From positions 26,258-90,257 of the forward strand of contig JARIGM010000035.1 of the NCBI GenBank assembly GCA_029288865.1: 64,000 nucleotides of DNA. The letters are read 5' to 3'. The position numbers and the translations under genes are program-made. This DNA comes from Candidatus Kaiserbacteria bacterium (GTDB taxonomy: Bacteria; Patescibacteriota; Minisyncoccia; Phycocordibacterales; Phycocordibacteraceae). Positions 47,346 to 57,856 of the stretch are shown here, piece by piece. Position 1 is the stretch's first letter; each line of letters opens with the position of its first letter. The notes under the pieces are model-generated. The model saw only the letters and a program-made list of their open reading frames with translations. It had not been told where the DNA came from and searched no databases.

Positions 47346-48203
47346 TTAGATTCCCGAGAGTAAAAGGAGTGAGACACCGCCTGCGGCGATGCAGTACCAG
47401 GCGAAGATCGTGAGCGTGCTTGTCTTAAAAAAGCGCGTGAGGAACATCACGGAGAGATATGCGGCGATGCCCGACACGAGCGCGCCGACGAAGATCGGCC
47501 CGACTGGGAAATCTGCATGCAAAAGTTTCGGGAGCTTGAGGACTGCTGCTGCGAGAATGATCGGCGTCGCGAGGAGGAACGAGAAGCGCGCAGCGCTTTC
47601 GTGATCAAGTCCTGCGAGCAAGCCTCCTGCGAGCGAAGCACCGGTGCGAGAGAATCCGGGGATGAGCGCCAGCGCTTGCATGAGGCCGGCGCCGAGCGCC
47701 GGAAGCCATGGCAGCTTCGCGATCGCCGCATCGCCGCTCAAGCGAAGATTCTCATAGCGGCGGCGCTGTCGCTTCACCATCTCGATGCCGTAGAGCAATA
47801 CGCCGTTCAGGATAAGCGCGCATGCCACGAGTTGCGGCGCTGCGAATAGTCCTTCAACCTTTTTCTGCAATATGATGCCGAGCAAGCCAGCCGGAATCGT
47901 TGCAATAATGAGCACCCACACGAGCCGCGCGTACGTGTCAGAAGGATCGATACGGCGCGCGATGATCGAACGGATGAATCCCAAGAACATCTGGTACCAG
48001 TCCTTCCAGAAGAATGCGAGCAATACGAGCGCGGTCGCGAAATGCGTCGCGACGAGGAATACCACGAAATACGCGCCATTCTGATCGAGCTGCCAATGCA
48101 GCAGCGCCGTGATCAGGACGGAGTGCCCGAGGCTTGAGATCGGAAAGAGTTCCGTGCAGCCTTGCACGAGTCCGAGGAAAATAGCTTGTCCGTACGTGAG
48201 CAT
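47346..48203 (-). CDS. uppP: Undecaprenyl-diphosphate phosphatase
   Basis: QGCTELFPISSLGH, ALIPGFSRTG, AARFSFLLATP. Confidence 0.93.
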   Translation of the reverse strand: MLTYGQAIFLGLVQGCTELFPISSLGHSVLITALLHWQLDQNGAYFVVFLVATHFATALVLLAFFWKDWYQMFLGFIRSIIARRIDPSDTYARLVWVLIIATIPAGLLGIILQKKVEGLFAAPQLVACALILNGVLLYGIEMVKRQRRRYENLRLSGDAAIAKLPWLPALGAGLMQALALIPGFSRTGASLAGGLLAGLDHESAARFSFLLATPIILAAAVLKLPKLLHADFPVGPIFVGALVSGIAAYLSVMFLTRFFKTSTLTIFAWYCIAAGGVSLLLLSGI

Positions 48204-48219
48204 ATCGCTATACAATACA

Positions 48220-48993
48220 CTATGATTTGAGGCCAGCTCCCTTTCCGAAGAGGTAGAGTGTGAGTACGAGGAGCGCGACGATGAAGGCTGTCATGACGCC
48301 GAAGCTCACCCCGACGGAGACATCGCTGATGCCGAGGAAGCCGTAACGGAATGCATTCACCATATACAGGATCGGATTTGCGAGCGAGAGGTAGCGGAAG
48401 AATACTGGCAGCTTGTCGATGGAATAGAAAACGCCTCCAAGGTACGTGAGCGGCGTGAGCACGAATGTCGGGACGATGTTGATCGCATCGAACGTCTTCG
48501 CGTAGATACCGTTCAAGAGGCCGGCGATCGAGAACAGGATAGACGTGAGCAAGACAGCGCCGAAGATCACGAGCAGATTGAAGATCACCAAGTGCGTAAA
48601 GAAAAGCGAGACGCCGAGCACCAGCACCGCGACGATGAGCGCACGCACGACGCCCCCAGTGACGAACCCTGCGACGATCACCCAGTTCGGAAGCGGCGAG
48701 ACGAGCAGCTCTTCGAGATACCGCTGCATCTTCGCGCCGAAGAAGGTCGAGACGACATTGGTGTATGCGTTCGTGATCACGGCCATCATCACGAGGCCCG
48801 GCACGATGAATTGGATGTATGAAAAGCCGTGCGTCGGCGGAAGCTGCGAACCGATGAACGTGCCGAATATCGCGAAATAGAGCCCCATCGTGATGACGGA
48901 CGGCAGCAAGGTCTGCATCCAGATGCGGAACACGCGCAAGACTTCTTTCCGCACGATGGTGAGATACCCGATGATGGTTGGTGATCGAAACAT
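48220..48993 (-). CDS. ABC-2 permease, YadH-like
   Basis: RIWMQTLLP, FIVPGLVMM, LTYLGGVFYS, NPILYMVNAFRYG. Confidence 0.92.
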   Translation of the reverse strand: MFRSPTIIGYLTIVRKEVLRVFRIWMQTLLPSVITMGLYFAIFGTFIGSQLPPTHGFSYIQFIVPGLVMMAVITNAYTNVVSTFFGAKMQRYLEELLVSPLPNWVIVAGFVTGGVVRALIVAVLVLGVSLFFTHLVIFNLLVIFGAVLLTSILFSIAGLLNGIYAKTFDAINIVPTFVLTPLTYLGGVFYSIDKLPVFFRYLSLANPILYMVNAFRYGFLGISDVSVGVSFGVMTAFIVALLVLTLYLFGKGAGLKS

Positions 48994-48994
48994 A

Positions 48995-49918
48995 TTATTT
49001 CTTGGTGAGTTCTAAGAACACCTCTTCGAGGCGGCTGCCGCTGTTGCGGATATTCACGATGCCGAGCCCGATCGACGAGATCTTGCGGAGCACGTCATTC
49101 GCCGTGTCGCCATGCTGGAGACGCACCTCGAGCGTCGTCTCATCGTGCTTCTTGATCGGGTAGCCACGCAAGAGCTGCAGCTCCGCTTGGCGGATCGGCT
49201 CTACCGTATCGACGAGGAGCGTTACGCCGGAAAGATTAGTGAGAAGATCCTTCACCGTTCCTTCGCGGATGATCGCGCCCTGGTCGATGATCGCAACGCG
49301 ACGGCAGAGCTGCTCAGCCTCTTCGAGATAGTGCGTGGTGAGGATGATGGTCGTGCCGTCGTTGTTCAGCTCGCGGAGGAAGGTCCACATGCTGCGGCGA
49401 AGCTCGACGTCGACGCCAGCCGTCGGTTCGTCCAAAAGAAGCACCTTTGGCTCGTGGATGAGGGCTCGCGCGATCATGAGCCGACGCTTCATGCCGCCTG
49501 ATAGCTGATTGGACGCAGTGAATCGCTTGTCCCAGAGCTCGAGATCCTTAAGGAGCTGCTCGGCGCGCGGCAACGCTTCTTTGCGCGGAATGCCGTAGTA
49601 GCCGGCCTGGTTCACGACGATATCGATCACCTTCTCGAACCAGTTGAAATTGAACTCCTGCGGAACCACGCCGATAAAGCTTTTCGCTTTGTCGTGGTCC
49701 ACGTCGATCGAGACGCCATTCACCGAGATAGTGCCGCTGGTCTTATTCACCAGTCCCGAGAGGATACCAATTAACGTTGATTTTCCGGCGCCATTCGGGC
49801 CGAGAAGCGCCATGAACTCTCCCGCCGGTACCGTGAGAGATACGCCCTTTAGCGCCTCAACTCCGGTCTTGTAGACTTTCTTCACTTCCCCGATCTCAAT
49901 TGCTGGAATCTTAGCCAT
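48995..49918 (-). CDS. ABC ATP-binding protein, YadG-like
   Basis: GPNGAGKST, LSGGMKRR, LDEPTAGVD. Confidence 0.94.
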   Translation of the reverse strand: MAKIPAIEIGEVKKVYKTGVEALKGVSLTVPAGEFMALLGPNGAGKSTLIGILSGLVNKTSGTISVNGVSIDVDHDKAKSFIGVVPQEFNFNWFEKVIDIVVNQAGYYGIPRKEALPRAEQLLKDLELWDKRFTASNQLSGGMKRRLMIARALIHEPKVLLLDEPTAGVDVELRRSMWTFLRELNNDGTTIILTTHYLEEAEQLCRRVAIIDQGAIIREGTVKDLLTNLSGVTLLVDTVEPIRQAELQLLRGYPIKKHDETTLEVRLQHGDTANDVLRKISSIGLGIVNIRNSGSRLEEVFLELTKK

Positions 49919-50011
49919 TTTTACAAGTATAGCTGAAAAGGAGGGTATTTAGCAAAATTGTGTATTACCCACTCTATGTTCGAGTGATGATGGGGTATTC
50001 TATATATAAGT

Positions 50012-50365
50012 ATGTCCTTTCTTCACAACCACCACACGGAAGATCGCCCTTGGGGATCGTTCGAGCAATTCACACTGAACGAGGCCTCGACCGTGAAGAT
50101 TCTCCGCATGAATCCGGGCCAACGATTGTCCTTGCAGCGCCACGAGCACCGGTCTGAATTCTGGAAAGTGATCGAGGGAGACGGCATCGCGTATACCGGC
50201 ACAGAAGAGCGCGCCGTGCAGCTGGGAGACGAGATCGAGATCGAAGTGGGTGCCGTGCACCGCCTCACCGGCGGCGAGCACGGCTGCGCCGTGCTCGAGA
50301 TAGCATTCGGCGAATTTGACGAACAGGACCTTCAGCGACTAGAGGACGATTTCGGAAGAGCATAA
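50012..50365 (+). CDS. Mannose-6-phosphate isomerase, type II C-terminal cupin
   Basis: RPWGSF, LSLQRHEHRSEFW, RLEDDFGR. Confidence 0.9.
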   Translation: MSFLHNHHTEDRPWGSFEQFTLNEASTVKILRMNPGQRLSLQRHEHRSEFWKVIEGDGIAYTGTEERAVQLGDEIEIEVGAVHRLTGGEHGCAVLEIAFGEFDEQDLQRLEDDFGRA

Positions 50366-50371
50366 CAGACC

Positions 50372-51529
50372 ATGGAGTACGTGACATTCTTCATCCTCGT
50401 CCTCATCGCCTTCGGAGTGAGCGGCATGTTCCTCTGGGGCGCATGGCATGCGCTCACCGATCCGTGGACACGACGGCATCAGATCGAACGGCTCCGGGAG
50501 ATATTCTCGCTCAAACGCCATGACGCGAATCCGCTCATGGGCCCGGGCCGCTATGAGTTCGAACAGGCAGCAGTGATGAATCCCGCTGCGGTGCATGACG
50601 GCGACGAGACGCATCTCTTTTACCGCGCCATCGGCGCGGATGGCGTCTCCCGCATCGGCTACGCATCCTCGAAAGACGGCATCACGATCGATAATCGCCT
50701 TCCCTACCCGGTGTTCGCACTCGAAGGACCGGATCCTCATCTTGCAGCGCTTCGTCGCGCATACGCGGAAAAGAATTATCCTGAGCTCGTCGCATCGGGC
50801 GGCAGCTGGGGCGGCACGGAAGACCCACGTGCCGTGATCATCGAAGATCGCATGTATCTCTCCTTCTCAGCTTTCCATAATTGGGATTCGGTTCGCATCG
50901 GCGTCACTTCCATCGCAACGTCGGACCTGAAGAAGCGAAAGTGGAATTGGTCGCGTCCCGCGTTCTTGTCTGCGCCGAATCAGGTGCAGAAGAACTGGGT
51001 ACTCTTCCCTGAAAAGATATTCGGCAAGTTCGCGATCTTGCATAGCCTCTATAACGGATCTCGCGAACGTGTTTCGGTTGATTATCTCAACACGCTTGAT
51101 GGTCGTGAGCCATACATAAACAGCTCACGTAACGACAGCTCGGATGGGACTGTTTGGGATAGTCGCATGCGCGGCGCAGGGTCGCCCCCGATCAAGACCG
51201 AGAAAGGCTGGCTGCAGTTCTATCACGCGAACGACAATGCCGAACCACATAAATATAAAGTCGGCGCGCTCTTACTTGATCTAAACGATCCGACGAAAGT
51301 CATCGCTCGCTCTCCAGTACCCGTACTTGAACCAAATGCGCGCTATGAAGCAGACGGCGCAAAGCCAGGCATCGTCTACGTCTCGGGCGCGACCGTTCAT
51401 GACGACCAACTCACCGTTTACTACGGCGCTGCAGATGAGACTGTCTGTGCTGCAACTGCTTCTCTCTCGAAGTTTGCGAACGAACTATCCGAGCATAAGC
51501 CGGTAACGCTCACCCCAGCATTCTCCTGA
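50372..51529 (+). CDS. GH130-like glycosidase/phosphorylase with N-terminal TM
   Basis: MNPAAV, LFYRA, GTEDPR, KNWVLFPEK, PPIKTEKGWL, YYGAAD. Confidence 0.85.
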   Translation: MEYVTFFILVLIAFGVSGMFLWGAWHALTDPWTRRHQIERLREIFSLKRHDANPLMGPGRYEFEQAAVMNPAAVHDGDETHLFYRAIGADGVSRIGYASSKDGITIDNRLPYPVFALEGPDPHLAALRRAYAEKNYPELVASGGSWGGTEDPRAVIIEDRMYLSFSAFHNWDSVRIGVTSIATSDLKKRKWNWSRPAFLSAPNQVQKNWVLFPEKIFGKFAILHSLYNGSRERVSVDYLNTLDGREPYINSSRNDSSDGTVWDSRMRGAGSPPIKTEKGWLQFYHANDNAEPHKYKVGALLLDLNDPTKVIARSPVPVLEPNARYEADGAKPGIVYVSGATVHDDQLTVYYGAADETVCAATASLSKFANELSEHKPVTLTPAFS

Positions 51530-51530
51530 T

Positions 51531-53444
51531 ATGTTCAGCGTCTTCCGCTCTCCCGAGAATCCATTCATCACGCCGAGCCGCTCGCGAGCCTTTGAAGCGA
51601 TCGGCGCATTCAATCCTTCCGTTGTCGCGACGAAAGGAAAGAAACACATCTTCTATCGCGCGATGTCGGAGCCTGACGCGATCCGTACACCAGGTCGCGG
51701 ATTCTCAACTGTTGGGTATACAGAATGGCGCGATGGCGAAGAATGTGATCCCGGCAGACAGATACTGACGCCCGTCGAAGGATGGGAATCTTATGGCTGC
51801 GAAGATCCACGTGCGACCTTCTTCGAAGGAAAATGGTATGTCTTCTATACTGCGCTCGGCGGCTTCCCGTTCGGACCCGACAATATCAAGTGTGCCGTTG
51901 CGATCGGCGATGCTCCTGACTCGCTCATCGAGCGGCACCTCATGACGCCGTTCAACGCAAAAGCAGCGACGCTCTTCCCTGAACGCATCGACGGCGACGC
52001 CGTGCTCTTGCTCACTGCACACACTGACTGGACAGCTGATTACCCGCGTCCGACGATCGGCATCGCTCGCTCGAAGAACATCGAAGATTTCTGGAGCGAG
52101 GCATTCTGGAATGACTGGCATGCGAACCTTCTCGATCACGCATTTCCTGACGTGCGTCGTGCAGATTCAGAGCACATGGAAATCGGTGCTGCGCCTGTCC
52201 TCACCGATTTCGGCTGGCTGCTCGTCTATTCGCACATCCAAAATTATTACGACGAGCACGCACGCATCTTCGGCGTCGAAGCGTTGCTTCTTGATCGCAA
52301 CGATCCGATGCAGATCATCGGCAAGACTGAGCATCCGTTCCTCGTGCCAGAAGAATCATATGAAAAGTACGGCATCGTCTCGAACATCGTCTTCCCGACC
52401 GGCGCGACGATCGAAGGCGATCAGCTGACCGTCTTTTATGGCGGCGCAGACACTGTATGTGCAACCGCGACGCTTTCACTTGTCGGCCTCCTCTCAAGCA
52501 TGCACGAGAACACGCGACTCTCGCTCGTCACCCGCGTCAGCGATACGCCGATCATCTCACCTGATCCTTCGCACCCGTGGGAGTCATGGTCCGTATCGAA
52601 TGCTGCAGCGATCGATATTGATGGATCAGTGCATCTACTCTATCGCGCAACGAATGAGAATAACTATTCACAGCTCGGCTATGCTCGACTCGACGATGCG
52701 ATGAACGTCGACATGCGGATTGCCGAGCCGGTGTACGGTCCGCGCATTCCGGAAGAGTCGCATGGCACGGAAGATCCACGACTAACGCTAATCGATGGCA
52801 CGGTCTATCTCACCTACACCGCCTTCGACGGTTCGCGTGCTCGCGGCGTGCTCGCTTCTATCGTACCTAAAGACTTGAGTACGCAGCGTTTTGAATGGTC
52901 TGCTCCACAGCTCATCACTCCTGAGTATGAAAACGATAAGGATCTTGCGCTTTTTCCTGAACGGATCGACGGCAAGGTCGCGCTCTTGCATCGCATCGAT
53001 CCTGACATGTGCATCGAGATGTATGACGAATTCCCGCCGAATCACGTGATGAATCGAAGCGTGGAATTCATGTCACCGCGCCCGGGCATGTGGGACGGGG
53101 TGAAGATCGGCGCAGCTGCACCACCGATTCGTACGCCTCAAGGATGGCTCATGATCTATCACGCCGTCGGTATGGACTTCCACTATCGTCTGGGCGCAGC
53201 GCTTTTAAGCCCGGATGCTATGACAGTCCTTGCGCGGACCGCATCCCCTATATTCGAATCAGTATTGCCATGGGAGAAGGAAGGAGTGGTGAACAATGTC
53301 GTGTTCTCCTGCGGCATGGTCGTGCGCGATGACACTATTTACCTGTATTATGGTGGAGCTGATAAGCACATCGGCGTCGCGACCGTTTCGCTTCCGGAAT
53401 TACTACGACGCCTGAGCTCTCCCGATTCATCTCATGTTTCTTAA
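51531..53444 (+). CDS. Tandem double GH130-like protein
   Basis: Two EDPR motifs, two LFPERIDG, two YGGAD. Confidence 0.87.
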   Translation: MFSVFRSPENPFITPSRSRAFEAIGAFNPSVVATKGKKHIFYRAMSEPDAIRTPGRGFSTVGYTEWRDGEECDPGRQILTPVEGWESYGCEDPRATFFEGKWYVFYTALGGFPFGPDNIKCAVAIGDAPDSLIERHLMTPFNAKAATLFPERIDGDAVLLLTAHTDWTADYPRPTIGIARSKNIEDFWSEAFWNDWHANLLDHAFPDVRRADSEHMEIGAAPVLTDFGWLLVYSHIQNYYDEHARIFGVEALLLDRNDPMQIIGKTEHPFLVPEESYEKYGIVSNIVFPTGATIEGDQLTVFYGGADTVCATATLSLVGLLSSMHENTRLSLVTRVSDTPIISPDPSHPWESWSVSNAAAIDIDGSVHLLYRATNENNYSQLGYARLDDAMNVDMRIAEPVYGPRIPEESHGTEDPRLTLIDGTVYLTYTAFDGSRARGVLASIVPKDLSTQRFEWSAPQLITPEYENDKDLALFPERIDGKVALLHRIDPDMCIEMYDEFPPNHVMNRSVEFMSPRPGMWDGVKIGAAAPPIRTPQGWLMIYHAVGMDFHYRLGAALLSPDAMTVLARTASPIFESVLPWEKEGVVNNVVFSCGMVVRDDTIYLYYGGADKHIGVATVSLPELLRRLSSPDSSHVS

Positions 53445-54189
53445 CCCATTCCCGCAGTTCATCATGTTCGATCTCGATAACACGCTTGCAGTAAGTAAGC
53501 AGCCGATCGATGCAGAGATGGCGAGCATTCTTGCAAATCTAATGAGGCGTACCCGTGTGGGAATAATCTCGGGAGGCGGTTTAGAGCAGCTCGAGAAACA
53601 AGTTGCTGCACAATTGCCTCCGCATGCTGATATGCAGAGATTGTACCTGCAGCCCACTTCAGGTGCTGCACTCTATACATTTGATGGTATGTGGAAAAAG
53701 AAATACGAAGAGTCTCTCTCTGATGACGAGGTGCGTCGCATCGAAGACGCGATTGAGACTGCAGTCCAAGAAACAGGTGTCGTTGATACGGCAACGCCTT
53801 CATACGGTGAGCGTACTGAGTCGAGAGGTGCAGAAGTCGTATTCTCTGCGCTCGGGCAGCAAGCGCCATGGGAAAAGAAAAAGCTATGGGATCCTGAGAT
53901 GAAAAAACGACACCTCTTGCAAGACGCACTGATACATCTACTTCCCGGCTTCGAAGTTAAAATCGGCGGATCCACTTCTATCGATGTAACGAAGCGTGGT
54001 GTGAACAAGGCGTTCGGCGTACGTAAGATCAGCGAGCTCTTCGATATCGCGATCGGCGATATGCTGTATGTGGGAGATCAGCTCTCGAATGGCGGCAACG
54101 ACGAAGTCGTGAAAGAAACTGGCATCGCGACCCATGCCGTGAGCGGCCCTGATGAGACGAAACAATTTATTACTAACCTGCTTGCGTAA
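53434..54189 (+). CDS. HAD-IIB hydrolase, phosphomannomutase-like
   Basis: FDLDNTL, ISGG, IGGSTSIDV, YVGD...GGND. Confidence 0.85.
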   Translation: MFLNPFPQFIMFDLDNTLAVSKQPIDAEMASILANLMRRTRVGIISGGGLEQLEKQVAAQLPPHADMQRLYLQPTSGAALYTFDGMWKKKYEESLSDDEVRRIEDAIETAVQETGVVDTATPSYGERTESRGAEVVFSALGQQAPWEKKKLWDPEMKKRHLLQDALIHLLPGFEVKIGGSTSIDVTKRGVNKAFGVRKISELFDIAIGDMLYVGDQLSNGGNDEVVKETGIATHAVSGPDETKQFITNLLA

Positions 54190-54196
54190 TAATCCT

Positions 54197-55870
54197 ATGA
54201 ATACGAACTTGCTCGACGAACTCAAGAAAGATGTGCGCGGCGAAGTGTCCGATGCGCAAGCAGAACGCGATTTGTATAAGCACGACACGAGCATCTTTGA
54301 GCTCACGCCGGAGCTCGTCGTGTATCCGCAAGATGCGGCGGATGTCTCGGCAATCGTGAAGAATGTAAAAGCAGCAAAAGAACGTGGCGAGAACGTGTCG
54401 ATCACGGGACGATCTGCAGGAACGGATATGTCAGGCGGTCCGCTCACCACATCCGTCGTTGCAGTATTCACGAAGCATATGAATAAAGTACTCGAAGTCG
54501 GCGACGGATACGCGATCGCAGAACCCGGCGTATACTACCGCGACTTCGAAAAGGCGACGCTTGCGAAAGTCGAGCACGGTTTCGGACAGATCCTTCCTTC
54601 CTATCCGGCATCTCGCGAGCTCTGTGCGATCGGCGGCATCGTGAACAACAACTCCGGCGGCGAGCGCACGCTCAAATACGGCAAGACCGAGAACTACATC
54701 GCCGAGACCGAGATGGTGCTCGCAGACGGTAGCATCGTAACGTTCAATGACCTCACGCCGGACGAGCTCGCACAGAAAAAGCAGCAGCAGGATTTCGAAG
54801 GCGAGATATACCGCAAGATGTCCGAACTGCTCGAAATAAATAAGGAAGTCATCAAAAATGCGAAGCCGAAAGTATCGAAGAACTCTGCCGGCTATGCGCT
54901 CTGGAACGTGATAGACGAAAAGACGGGCACGTTCAATCTTGCCCGACTCATCTGCGGCGCACAAGGCACGCTCGGCCTCATGACAAAAGCGAAGCTCCGC
55001 CTCGTGAAGGAAGAGACGCATCGTGCGATGCTTGTAATTTTCCTTACAGATCTGAACGTACTTCCTGAGATCGTGCGACGCATCTTGCCGCTTGATCCGG
55101 AATCATTTGAATCGTATGACGATCAGACATTCAAGCTTGCCGTGAAGTTCATGCCGCAGATGCTCGCTCAGATGGGCCTCATACAAGCGGCCGAACTCGG
55201 CATTTCCTTCTTGCCGGAAGTCGGCATGGCGATTACGGGCGGCATTCCGAAACTCATTCTCATGGCTGAATTTTCAGAAGACATGGCCAAGCAAGCGGCC
55301 GATAAAGCGAAGGCTGCGCAAAAAGCATTGGATGGACTCGACCTCACTACGAGCGTAAAGAAGAACGAGCGCGCCAGCGCAAAGTATTGGAAGGTCCGTC
55401 GCGAAAGTTTCGCGCTCCTTCGCAAACATTCGAAAGGCATGTATGCAGCACCGTTCATCGACGACTTCGTCGTGCCGCCATCATCCTATCCGCAGTTCTT
55501 GCCTGAGCTCAATGCGCTGCTCAAGCAATACGAGAAGCAATTTATATATACGGTCGCCGGACACATCGGGAATGGAAATTTCCACATCATCCCGCTCATG
55601 GATCTCAATAATCCTGAAGTCCGCAAGGTCGTGCTCGAGCTCGCTCCGAAGGTATATGAACTCGTAATCAAGTACGGCGGCACCACGACCGGCGAACACA
55701 ACGATGGTATTATTCGGACGCCCTATCTCCCAATGCTCTTCGGCGAAGAGGTCGTGAAGCTTTTCGAAGAGACCAAGAACATCTTCGATCCACTCAACAT
55801 CTTCAACCCTGGAAAGAAAGTTCACGGAACCTTCACCGACATCCAAAACGACATGCTCACACACGTGTGA
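54197..55870 (+). CDS. FAD-binding oxidoreductase (GlcD/D-lactate dehydrogenase family)
   Basis: RSAGTDMSGG, IGGIVNNNSGG, GAQGTLG, GHIGNGNFH, GEHNDG, FNPGK. Confidence 0.9.
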   Translation: MNTNLLDELKKDVRGEVSDAQAERDLYKHDTSIFELTPELVVYPQDAADVSAIVKNVKAAKERGENVSITGRSAGTDMSGGPLTTSVVAVFTKHMNKVLEVGDGYAIAEPGVYYRDFEKATLAKVEHGFGQILPSYPASRELCAIGGIVNNNSGGERTLKYGKTENYIAETEMVLADGSIVTFNDLTPDELAQKKQQQDFEGEIYRKMSELLEINKEVIKNAKPKVSKNSAGYALWNVIDEKTGTFNLARLICGAQGTLGLMTKAKLRLVKEETHRAMLVIFLTDLNVLPEIVRRILPLDPESFESYDDQTFKLAVKFMPQMLAQMGLIQAAELGISFLPEVGMAITGGIPKLILMAEFSEDMAKQAADKAKAAQKALDGLDLTTSVKKNERASAKYWKVRRESFALLRKHSKGMYAAPFIDDFVVPPSSYPQFLPELNALLKQYEKQFIYTVAGHIGNGNFHIIPLMDLNNPEVRKVVLELAPKVYELVIKYGGTTTGEHNDGIIRTPYLPMLFGEEVVKLFEETKNIFDPLNIFNPGKKVHGTFTDIQNDMLTHV

Positions 55871-55904
55871 TGACAGGACTCACCGCAGAGTATACCCTGC
55901 ATCT

Positions 55905-56468
55905 ATGCCTGATGAGCCGAGCGATGCAGAACTGATCGAAGCGATTCGCGAGGGAGATGATAGCGCGCTCGATACCCTCGTGGCTCGCCACTTGCCTGCT
56001 GTCTATGCCTTTTGTCTGCGATTCACCGGCAATGCTGACGACGCGCAAGATGCTGCCCAGGAAACATTCTTGAAAGCATGGCGAAGCTTGGGACGATTCG
56101 ATACGAAGAAATCATTCCGCACCTGGCTCTTCGCTATCGCGCGCAACGCGGCAACCGATCTGATGCGTAAGCGTCGACACGTACCATTCTCTTTCTTCGA
56201 TTCTGCGGATCAAGACACTTCCATCGCCGATACCATTCCTGATGAGGAACCGACAGCAGACGAGCTCTTCGACGAACGAACGCGAACGGAAGATGTGCGC
56301 ACTGCACTAGAGACACTTAAGCCACGCGAGCGTCTCATTCTTTCCATGCGGTATGAGGAAGAATTTTCCTTCGAAGAAATCGCCCAGGTTCTCCGCATCC
56401 CCGCTGCTACCGTGCGTAGCCTCCATCGGCGAGCACTCGCGACACTCCGTATGATGTTAGCTAAATAA
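55905..56468 (+). CDS. ECF sigma-70 factor
   Basis: DAQDAAQETFLKAW, FRTWLFAIARN, FEEIAQVL..TVRSLHRRA. Confidence 0.93.
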   Translation: MPDEPSDAELIEAIREGDDSALDTLVARHLPAVYAFCLRFTGNADDAQDAAQETFLKAWRSLGRFDTKKSFRTWLFAIARNAATDLMRKRRHVPFSFFDSADQDTSIADTIPDEEPTADELFDERTRTEDVRTALETLKPRERLILSMRYEEEFSFEEIAQVLRIPAATVRSLHRRALATLRMMLAK

Positions 56469-56584
56469 CTGCCCGTTCAATACAATACTTGACAAAATGT
56501 ATTATATAGTTGTATAATGTACCCGGATCGAGACTATCTCGATACTTGATTCTTACATCACAGGCACAGGCACAGGAGCCTCTC

Positions 56585-57643
56585 ATGAAATCTCTTGCTC
56601 TCGGCGCAATGACTCTCTTTTTGGTTGCTGTCGCTATCAGTGGTTGCAATCAAAACGACTCGTCCTCTTCGCCGCAAGCGACAAACACGATGACCAGTGC
56701 TGAATGGTCCTCGTATGAAGTTGCTGAATCGGCTTCCTCCGTCTCTGCCTCATCGGCCTCCTCGTCGTCGGTACTCGCGGATAAGTTCCGCGAAGCACAT
56801 GACCGCGAGACTTCGCTCGATGTTGCGGATCTGGAGACAGAAATCGGAAAGGCATATTACGAAGTCCCCAAGTCAGACGATCTCGTGTCGTCCATCAAGA
56901 CATACCTTGAGCTCAAAGGAAAGATTCCGGGAATCAACTCGGACATTGATCGAGCCGTGCACAAGCTCGCTCATACTCCTGAGTTCGAGTATATGGAAGA
57001 ACTTTGGGACAAAGGGATTGGACGCGATATTCTACGGCCGGTCCTGGAAAAGCGCTATCAGGAAGAAGTGCGGCAGATCATTAAGGCCGGCTTTCTTCCC
57101 GGGAAGCGCTACAAGAAGATCTCTCGAACCCAGGCGGAAGCACTCAACGGTTGCAGTCCAACCGTAACCGACGGGCAGTTCGACCATGAAGGTCTCTACC
57201 GGTTGGCCCTGCGCCTTCATCCAAACGCGCCGGATACCAGCCATTGGCGTCTTCTCACGGCCGATCTCGATGTCGCCGACTTCTGGTCGAGCGATGGCTG
57301 TGAAAGTGATGGCGTCTACAATTCGAAGATGGAAAACCCTGATTTCGACTATCAGACATACGTCGATCTGGGGCTTCCGAAGGATGCTCATGACCTTATC
57401 CTCCAAGCAGTCAACGAGGCCTACTATACGGTCAAGAATTACACTGTCGTCTCCGTCGACCTCGAAGAAATTCAAGCTAACAAGTTCTTTAAAATGCTGA
57501 CGAGGGACGAACAAAAGGCCTTCTACCTGAGACACGCCAAACTGGCGGAACAGGCGAAGTATTATTGGAAGGCTGCAGACCTCTACCAGGCTGCCGGCAG
57601 CAAGGACATGGCAGCTAAGATGAAAATCCTCGCTGCCAAGTAG
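56585..57643 (+). CDS. ORFan lipoprotein
   Basis: Lipobox ISGC, AGGAG SD, TTGACA-18-TATAAT, terminator at 57668-57697. Confidence 0.8.
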   Translation: MKSLALGAMTLFLVAVAISGCNQNDSSSSPQATNTMTSAEWSSYEVAESASSVSASSASSSSVLADKFREAHDRETSLDVADLETEIGKAYYEVPKSDDLVSSIKTYLELKGKIPGINSDIDRAVHKLAHTPEFEYMEELWDKGIGRDILRPVLEKRYQEEVRQIIKAGFLPGKRYKKISRTQAEALNGCSPTVTDGQFDHEGLYRLALRLHPNAPDTSHWRLLTADLDVADFWSSDGCESDGVYNSKMENPDFDYQTYVDLGLPKDAHDLILQAVNEAYYTVKNYTVVSVDLEEIQANKFFKMLTRDEQKAFYLRHAKLAEQAKYYWKAADLYQAAGSKDMAAKMKILAAK

Positions 57644-57856
57644 CTTGCGTCTTTGTCGCGCTCAAACTTAACCCTCTTCTTCGAAGAGGGTTATTTTTTA
57701 TACATTACCATTGACAATAACGTGGGTATGTTCTAAATTAATAGAGTCGCATATCGTGCGGCTAAGTCGGGACATGAGTTCCGATGATTGATCTTTGGAA
57801 ACGGAACCCTTAACGGTTCAAACTTATAAGGGTTCCCCTCAAAAGGAGAGACCCGC

